A stretch of DNA of 59,202 nucleotides, the filler included, from Sphacelaria rigidula (taxonomy: Eukaryota), in assembly GCA_964200075.2 (NCBI GenBank). It is 3 parts of 3 records of this genome, joined end to end, with 100 filler letters (N's around TTAATTAATTAA, not from the genome) between each part and the next. Parts side by side here need not be neighbours in the genome. Positions count along the whole stretch, not along the records: positions 39,543 to 59,202 come from CAXNAA020000633.1; 2 more parts are not named here. One strand, 5' to 3'. Of the stretch, positions 51,050-59,202 are shown in pieces (position 1 is the stretch's first letter; each line of letters opens with the position of its first letter). Under the pieces are notes generated by a model. That model searched no databases and had not been told where the DNA came from. It worked only from the letters and a program-made list of their open reading frames with translations. Both the position numbers and the translations under genes were made by a program.

Positions 51050-54000
51050 CTGTACGGAAGGCCGGCCGAGAAAGTGATCAGAGGAAAGAGCCCTATTAGG
51101 CCCAGTGCCATTTTAAGCACACTTCGGGGAAAACGTTTACAAAATGACGCTCACTGCATGGAACTCCTTTTTTTTTCGTTCGGAACGGTGAGTCCACATC
51201 TCCAGCTTTCGTTTGCGCTCTTGAGGAGTGCTGATCGACCTCGTCACTCACCAGCTGTAGCAGTCACAATCGTTGGGTCTGGTCGGGCAGGCTGATGTTG
51301 GTTTGGTGTCGATCGTGCTGCTAAGGACGAAGCAAAAGGTGACACGACATGTACACTTGAGCGTGGCCCAAGCGGCCCAAAGCACTGACAGTACCAAGCA
51401 CATGACATCTACGGCGGCTGCGAAGGCTGTTTTAGCGCTGTACAGCACTCGCCACATGAAGAGTGGATGTGAAAACGGTACACCAGTCGGTCCTACAGCA
51501 GTTTTGACCCGATAAGAAATATTTATATTGCTTGCACGTGTGACGCGGGCGAAATCAGGAGCGTGTGCCCATATTGAAACCCCCATAAAATGAGCAAACT
51601 GACACCAAAATCCAGGATTTGTGTTCGGGAGCCTTTACATATCCACAAAGCAGTGAATCAATGCATCCAACTGTTGTTTTTGCGTGGCATATCGCGATCG
51701 GGGCAAGCATAAAGTGGGAATACACGAAACATTGCCCCGAAATCAACAGCCCTGAACCTCGAGGATGTGTGTTTTTGCCCTAAATATGGGCATGAGTGTG
51801 CCTTCTTTTTCGAAATCATGTCAAGTACACTACACGCAACAACTTGGATCCGTTTTTGAGGTTCAACATTTGGGTGAGGTTGTTGTCGCCATCGAAATTT
51901 CATTTGTTTCGTCCAATAGGCTCGGGATTCGCAAGCGGTGTCGACCATGTAACCCTCGCCCACACGTTTCTGTACGGCAGCCCAAGCATGATGAGCAGCC
52001 CAGCAGAAAAGCCACCGTCATTGATTGTGCGGCATTATTTGAGCAGGACCTGCCTCAAAGCGCTACGGAACACATAACCAAGCATGCTGGAAGCATACTT
52101 CTTTGGACTAGTCATCGAGGTTTCGAGCGCCTCTTGTAGAGTATCTGAGAGAGACTTTATACTGTTGCGCCGGCGACGACCGCCGTCAGTGTAACGATCC
52201 AATACGGCGACAGACGCCAGCGATGTTTGAAACGCAGCATCATTCAGCAGTCTGCTGAGATATTCCATCACCAGAGTACAGCATCACTACTGTACAGTCG
52301 TCAGTTGGATAAAATGGATGCGCCACAATAAAGCTGCACACACACACACAACGAGGGTAAGGGTTAATCCCACGCTTGGGGTTGTTTCGCCAGTAGCGGC
52401 CATGCGAGGCGCTTCATCCAGTCTGAACCAGCTATCACGCCTTGTATGGTCACTTCAGCCGTGGCTGTGTTGGGAACTGGTTTCGCGGTGAGGCTGTCGA
52501 GCGATACTACTGCAGTGCAACGCGCTTGCAAAATCCGAGCCGTTTCTTTCAATTCAGAAGCCGCATCAGCTGTAGTTTGAATATCCTTCCTGACGGTCCC
52601 AAACGGGGTATGATCTAGCGACGGCTAGCGCTAGTACCCCCTTCCTCAGATAGGGTTTGTGACAACTATGGGGGTATTTGGGGAACATCGTTCGGAATGG
52701 AATATGTAGAATACTATCCAGGGGTATCATAGTACGTGTTTCCCTGTTCAAAATCGAAGTTTCCTTGCATGAACGCTTTATTCTCGTTACAATGCACGAT
52801 TACTTTCCAAGAAAACCATCCGTTATTTCAGGACTATTCCTGGAGTCTATTCCTTACCCTGAGTTTGTCACAAATCCTATCCGAGGGGGAGAGTGCCAGC
52901 AGGCTAGATCAGACTCCCTTTAGGACCGACAGGGAGGATATTCAAACTACAGCTGATGCGGCTTCTGAATTGACAGAAACGGCTCGGATTTTGCAAGCGC
53001 GTTGCACTACAGTAGTATCGTTCGACAGCCATCACCCCGAAACCGGTTCCCAACACAGTCACGGCTGAAGTGGCCATACAAGGCGTGATAGCTGGTTCAG
53101 ACTGGATGAAGCGCCTCGCATGGCCGCTACTGGCGAAACAACCCCAAGCGTAGGATTAACCCTTACCCCCGTTGTGTGTGTGTGTGTACAGCTTTATTGT
53201 GGCGCATCCATTTTATCCAACTGACGACTGTACAGTAGTGATGCTGTACTCTGCTGTGTTGGTATATCTCAGCAGACTGCTGAATGATGCTGCGTTTCAA
53301 ACATCGCTGGCGTCTGTCGCCGTATTGGATCGTTCCGCTGATGGCGGTCGTCGCCGGCGCAATAGTATAAAGTCTCTCTCAGATACTCTACAAGAGGCGC
53401 TCGAAACCTCGATGACTAGTCCAAAGGAGTATGCTTCCAGCATGCTTGGTTACGTGTTCCGTAGCGCTTTGATGCAGGTCCTGCTCAAATAATGCCGCAC
53501 AATGACGGTGGTTTTTCTGCTAGACTGCTCATCATCATGCTTGGGCTACCGTACAGAAACGTGTGGGTGAGGGTTACATGGTCGAAACCGCTTGCGAATC
53601 CCGAGTCTATTGGACGAAACAAATGAAATTTCGATGGTCACTTGAACTTCACCCAAATGTTGAACCTCATAAACGGATCCAGGCTGTTGTATGTGATGTG
53701 CACACCAAATATTGGGTTCTGAGACGTTCCAGAACGTAGGTAATCGCATAATACGCAAAAGTGTGCTTTATAGGACAACAGTCGTACTCTCAGATTTTTC
53801 CGCGCGGGGGAAATATGAACCGCAGAGCCGCTACCGCCTCTACATATCAATTTTTTTCTTTTTTTCTTTTTGAGATATCGGAGAGTAGTCTAAGCTGTCG
53901 TTGGATACCGAAATTTCGGTTCAAGTCGAAACACTGCCGTCAAACCAGCCATTGGCGTCAGGGGTGGCTTAAGGTGGGCCTATTTCGGCACTTCCCTCTA

Positions 54001-57000
54001 AATAATGAAATGGGTTATAGCGTGCTCTTTTCTCATTCATTTCAGCTGGAGCACTTCCGACCCGGAGGTCGACAGCTCCCGGCCGGTTGCTTTGTCTTAG
54101 TTTGCCGGTGACTAAGCGTTTACGGTGGTTACTTGCATTCAATGGGAATGATCTAGGCGGGACCTGTACAGCTGTTTCTGATAATATTATTCCCGTAGTC
54201 TTGGAAATTTGACGACACTAGAGGTCGGCTTGCGTAACAATCACCCTGCGCCCGCTCCACTGGCTAGTGTATTGCTAGTCTCTGCTGCTGAGGCATGGAG
54301 TATTTCGACCTCAAGGTGCAGTGGACCAGTTTGTGCCGATCAGTGGTGATTTGTACCTGATCTCTGCCGCGGCAACATGGAAGATGGCCAGTTTTTCCTG
54401 GGTAGACAGACTCTCGAAAAGCTCTGGCGACGATACCTGGAGACACATACGACCAGAATGAGTAAGGGCATGAAAGGCATCGAAAACTTTGAAAAAGGAC
54501 GTGGTCTCAGAGCACTAGTGCCAGCATCGTCTGAAAACGGGGGTGCAGTACAGACGATCAAGTTGGGAACGAACGCACCCTATAATTGCATATGGTGCAG
54601 TTCGAGACCCCAGTCGCGATTTCATAGACAAGGAAAAGAAGGGTCGCTGTCTACGCTCGTGAAGACTACTAACTAGCCGAAATGTTCCCCTCTACTGGTA
54701 TGTAGATACTTCCTGACCCAACTGGTGCCCGTCCCCTTTCCCCTAGATTCGTGTCGCACGGGACACGCTGTCGTAGGATTGATTGCCTTGTAGAACTGAC
54801 CGCGATCTGTCACACCTTCATTACGTCATTGCGCATTTTGGCATCAATGTTGATCTCAAGCGCGCTGCCTTGTCTGATAAACTTGTCTTGGATGGCCTTG
54901 ACTTTCTTGAATGGGTCGGGAATATGTCGAATGTCCGTATCTTCGTATTCGTGCACCTGCGCATACCGTTGCGTGGCATCCACACTCAGCGTCGACGCTT
55001 TCATGACGATTCTACAGCACCTGCATCGACTGTATCGTGCTGGTGTGTTGAAGCACTCACTGGCTTTGGAAATGCAATACAAAGGAGTGAAGACGGCGAT
55101 GAAAAAGGCACAGGTGAAGAGAAAGACACCGCAATCGTTCTCGACTTTGTGCGGCCATAGGGTCGGACGAGAAACTTCTCACCATGTTTCCGCACAGTGC
55201 ATAAGCCGGGGTGGGCATTACGATTGACATTTTGCGCGTGCTATAAACCCCGTGAGCGGCAGAGACTAGCACAACCGCACGTACCTCGAACGGATTGCAC
55301 ACCCTGAACTGTATTAAACTATAATTCACCAAGCTCTTTCTCGGAAGAGATGTCTTTGTAACACCCATCTCATCGAACGTCAAAACCAAACGATTCTGCC
55401 GACACTGTCACTACTTTCCTTCGAATGCTATAATCTCGTTTCCCGTCAACGTTCTTGTCATGTTCTTGTGAACTCTATGCGTTATTTCGTTTGTTGCTGA
55501 CCTCGTTCAGAAACCAGAGCGATTCGCCGCAGAGGTGCTTCTGGACGAATTCGTCAAACATCGGATATACTTCGCTGTTCCCCATGAGTTGCTCCACGGT
55601 CTGGTAGTCAACCGTGCTCTACTGCCACAGTAGGGAGCGTGGAACAGCAAGGGGCATGTGGCTGTAGAAGGACCAGCGGAACGCGATATGAGCAGCGAGT
55701 ATGTTGGTGCATGCGGTGATACAGCGTAACATGGCTGCAGAGACTGGCGTTGATCGTGATGAAGCTATCCGTGTGACGCAATTTTACATAGCATGCATCA
55801 CAGACATGATTCTGGAAGGACACTCCGGAACTGAGGACAGCTCTGGGACAAAACATCTTGTTACAAGTTCGGTTCGGGCGATATATGAAAAAACAGACGG
55901 GAGGAGGGGGCTTGCGTGCATTCTCTCCGGCTAATCTTTTCGAGGCGTCGTGCGCTGTGGGTTTGTGTCTCTAGATGTTACTAGTTCATTCCGAGGAATG
56001 TCTCTAATGGACCTGTGCTTTCCAGAAGAAGGATACCAGGAATAAGAACTTCCAGAAGAACGATAGCCATCACACGACACGGAACACACTTCTCTTACTG
56101 AGCTATAATACTCAGCATTGCCCAGATGGACTGTGCAGCGCGTGTCTCTAGCACAAGGTATTTCCTTGGCACAACTAGCACAAAACGTTTTTTACGCTAC
56201 AAAGCAACGACTATGATAGGCTGAAACGCCCTGACCCTGAACATAGTCAGCGGGCGTTGCATCATAAGAAGGGATACTACGACTGCGCAACAGACGACGC
56301 CCACATCCCGGCTCGGTAACGGCGGGGATTAAGTACAACCAGCCTTCCATCGCCAGCAGTGTTCCATCATTGTCACGTATTTCATGCCGCAGCGCTACTG
56401 TACGCCTGCTGGTAAGTGCCGTCGACACTCCACCCACGGTAGAACGAAATTAGAACAGCCCAAATAACGTCGAATCACAGTGAACGTGGGTGTAGTGAGC
56501 GGTGTCGCGGCTATAGCCTCGATTGTAGGCTGCTACACACGCGGCCGTTTGGTTACACCCCAAAATGTCTCCCGAGAGATGCGCGGCCCTCCAGGGGGAA
56601 AACAAGCCTCCGGAGGCCTTCAACCCCTCTGGACGAAATCAAACTCTACCAACCCGGAGGGCCGCGCACCCCTCCGGAGGAATTTTAGGGGTATGCGCGG
56701 CCCTCCAGAGGCATAAATACGACTCCGGAAGCGTATAGTCTCTCTGGAGGAAACAAAAAAACTCCTCTCTGGAGGGTCGCGCACCCCTCCGGACGCGTTT
56801 CATCCCTCTGGAAGGTCGAAACATTTACCAACCTTGAGAGACTTTGGAAGTAGTTAAATGGCCGCGTGTGTAGCGAGACATGCAGACAACGTAGATCCAA
56901 AGACTATATGAAAACCTCAGGTCCACGACGAACTCGCAGAAGAAGAGAATATATACCTCAGCGCTGTTTTGTGAACTTACGGGGTGCTTATCCTCGTCTA

Positions 57001-58008
57001 TAGCAATCTTCTGTGCCCCGCTTTTGCTTTTCCAGCGCATGGGGGAAAACCTGCGGCGAGAAGCAAGCGCTTAAACGGTGGACGATGAAAATGCGCTGAC
57101 ATATGGCAATCGAAAAATCGCTCACAACTAGCATACAAATTTGGCCACGCCAAGAGTAGCTCCGAAAGCAGGGTGAGGAGTAAGACAGGTGGCTATTACC
57201 CCCCCTCTGTTCGATTCCACAAAAATATGGCTTGTATAGCCAAGTGGCCTGTACGAATTATCACAACCCAAACAGAACGCCGCTCCTGAAACAACGGCCT
57301 CGACTTTTACACGTTACAGATACCACTGAGTCAAACAGTCAGCGCTGACTGTTGAGCTCAGTGGTATCTGTGGCATCTAACCAAAGCTGATCTCGAGGTT
57401 CAAACCTCCACACGTCGGGATTTCCTTCTTTTCAGGGATACTCGGACCGTTCCGCACGATTAGTACTCATCACTCTGGAAACGAGAAGCACAGAAAGTCT
57501 ACTTGTACCATGCGACTTGGGCAAGCGGCGCTGCTGAGAGAGGTGGGCGGCGCGGCGCTGATTACAGGGGAGGAAACCCTGAAGTGAAACGAGGTTCGAT
57601 GGCTCAAGAGTCTGAAGAAACCCAGGATTAGCTTTTGTTCGATGTCAGCGCTGACTGTTTAGCTCAGTGGTATTTCAGTGGTATCTGTGACATCTAAGAT
57701 TCGCCACGGTAGTTGCTGCCCCATGTTCCCAACGATCGCGAGTCGAAGCATACTCACGTGTTAATTTGCAACAAAATTAGGAGGAGACCCAGCAGGAGTT
57801 GGATAGAAGTGTTGACTCGCAGTCCACCGAACTTGCGCCAGCCATGCAAGAAGACTACCCCAAGATCAGGAGGTGGACAAATGTTCATAGAGAGAGCAAG
57901 CAGACAAAGTGTGCGAAGTAGGTCGAGCAACGTATTATAGGTCGTTTGTCCGTAACGATATCGCACGTACCAAAGAACCAGCCGGCTCATATTTGACGAA
58001 AGCCACAG
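50866..58008 (-). CDS. transmembrane RGS (regulator of G-protein signalling) protein, 3' exons; likely 7TM-RGS type
   Basis: Exons 57971-58008, 57758-57831, 56981-57050, 55502-55618, 54816-54956, 54357-54436, 50866-51049 chain in phase. Product: hydrophobic helix IQLLLGLLLILLQI, then a full RGS fold FDEFVQKHLCGESLWFLNEVHEY...AIQDKFIRQGSALEINIDAKMR...IFHVAAAEIRLMLAQNLAPAFLRSQLF. Confidence 0.85.
51840..53690. mobile_element. foldback element with ~830-bp inverted arms
   Basis: ~51840-52670 is the reverse complement of ~52855-53690, with a spacer of ~185 bp. Confidence 0.9.
54357..54436 (-). CDS. RGS gene exon
   Basis: Encodes VSSPELFESLSTQEKLAIFHVAAAEI; ends phase 2. Confidence 0.82.
54816..54956 (-). 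CDS. RGS gene exon
   Basis: 47 codons containing EINID. Confidence 0.9.
55502..55618 (-). CDS. RGS gene exon
   Basis: 39 codons including FDEFVQKHLCGESLWFLNE. Confidence 0.88.
56536..56870. mobile_element. MITE with CACACGCGGCC TIRs and subterminal repeats, CMC/EnSpm-like
   Basis: TA|CACACGCGGCC...GGCCGCGTGTG|TA; many CCCTCCGGAGG-type motifs inside. Confidence 0.72.
56981..57050 (-). CDS. RGS gene linker exon
   Basis: cgcag acceptor, gtaagt donor; phase 2 to 0. Confidence 0.72.
57316..57371. repeat. 56-bp near-perfect palindrome
   Basis: Centred on CAGTCAGCGCTGACTG; partial copy at ~57644-57690 and the core at 19775. Confidence 0.8.
57758..57831 (-). CDS. RGS gene exon with a transmembrane helix
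   Basis: Encodes FGGLRVNTSIQLLLGLLLILLQIN; gtgagt donor. Confidence 0.65.
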
Positions 58009-58393
58009 CTACGGTTGAGCCGTGGGTAGATGTATGATATCGCGAACCATAGACGTATTGTTTCTTTCAGACCGCGGCTGCTTACTTGCCATCATTCACC
58101 GCCATCCTTATCGTCTGTTGACCTATGACACACGCATCTAACAACGGTTTCGTGAGGTTAAGAGTAGGGGTTACAATTGAGAGTGAAAAGTGGCCAGTTA
58201 GTGAATGAATCGTTACAGTTCCGAAATGCCCCTCCACGAGGCCCGATATGCTTCCTGGAATAGCTGGCTACTGAGGCCCTTGATATCCCTGAGTAGAATA
58301 TCGATGTGTAACTCTAAGCACACGCAAGTGAGGCAGGCAGAGGAAAGCACACACGGAATAAACAAATGGCTGATTTGGAGCGAAACATCAAAG

Positions 58394-59202
58394 AACAGCC
58401 TGGATCCGTTTTTGAGTTTCAACATTTGGGTGAGGTTGTAGTCGCCATCGAAATTTCATTTGTTTCGTCCAATCGGCTCGGGATTCGCAAGCGGTTTCGA
58501 CCATGTAACCCTCACCCACACGTTTCTGCACGGCAGCCCAAGCATGATGATGAGCAGTCCAGCAGAAAAGCCACCGTCATTGATTGTGCGGCATTATTTG
58601 AGCAGGACCTGCCTCAAAGCGCTACGGAACACGTAACCAAGCATGCTGGAAGCATACTTCTTTGGACTAGTCATCGAGGTTTCGAGCGCCTCTTGTAGAG
58701 TATCTGAGAGAGACTTTATACTGTTGCGCCGGCGACGACCGCCGTCAGTGTAACGACCCAATACGGCGACAGACGCCAGCGATGTTTGAAACGCAGCATC
58801 ATTCAGCAGCTACTGAGGTATATCAACATACCAGTGTACAGCACCGCTATAGTACAGTCGTCAGTTGGATAAAATGGATGCGCCACAATAAAGCTGCACA
58901 CACACACACACAACGAGGGTAAGGGTTAATCCCACGCTTGGGGTTGTTTCGCCAGTAGCGGCCATGCGAGGCGCTTCATCCAGTCTGAACCAGCTATCAC
59001 GCCTTGTATGGTCACTGCAGCCGTGGCTGTGTTGGGAACTGGTTTCGGGGTGAGGCTGTCGAGCGATACTACTGTAGTGCAACGCGCTTGCAAAATCCGA
59101 GCCGTTTCTTTCAATTCAGAAGCCGCATCAGCTGTAGTTTGAATATCCTTCCTGACGGTCCCAAACGGGGTATGATCTAGCGACGGCTAGCGCTAGTACC
59201 CC
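58394..59202. repeat. third copy of the foldback arm, running off the window end
   Basis: Direct repeat of ~51840-52642. Confidence 0.92.

Noticed and set aside
54810..55082. endogenous giant-virus RGS gene
   Set aside because: The domain is split by canonical spliceosomal introns and no viral core genes are visible nearby.
57500..57578. extra RGS exon
   Set aside because: Good acceptor, but the obvious donors give the wrong phase; 57758 splices directly to 57050 in frame.

Overview
Eukaryotic, transposon-rich genomic window. Splice-site style and LINE/LTR families point to a brown alga (inference). It consists of three contigs joined by two artificial 100-nt spacers (19675-19774, 39443-39542). 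Contig 1 is a retroelement pile: a decayed Ty3/Gypsy pol whose integrase ends in a chromodomain plus a second Tudor/PWWP-like module, a Copia-like LTR element that appears to carry gag only, a chromovirus 3' remnant, an 82-bp tandem array, MITEs and a LINE end. Contig 2 holds 12 phase-consistent exons (~752 aa) of a rotatin-like gene (+). Its introns contain two composite TIR elements from unrelated families that both enclose the same ~630-bp palindrome-bounded module. Contig 3 holds MITEs, retroelement debris and the 3' exons of a transmembrane-RGS gene (-), with a ~1.85-kb foldback in its last intron and a third arm copy upstream. Gene models were assembled and translated by hand and family calls rest on remembered motifs; no searches were run.
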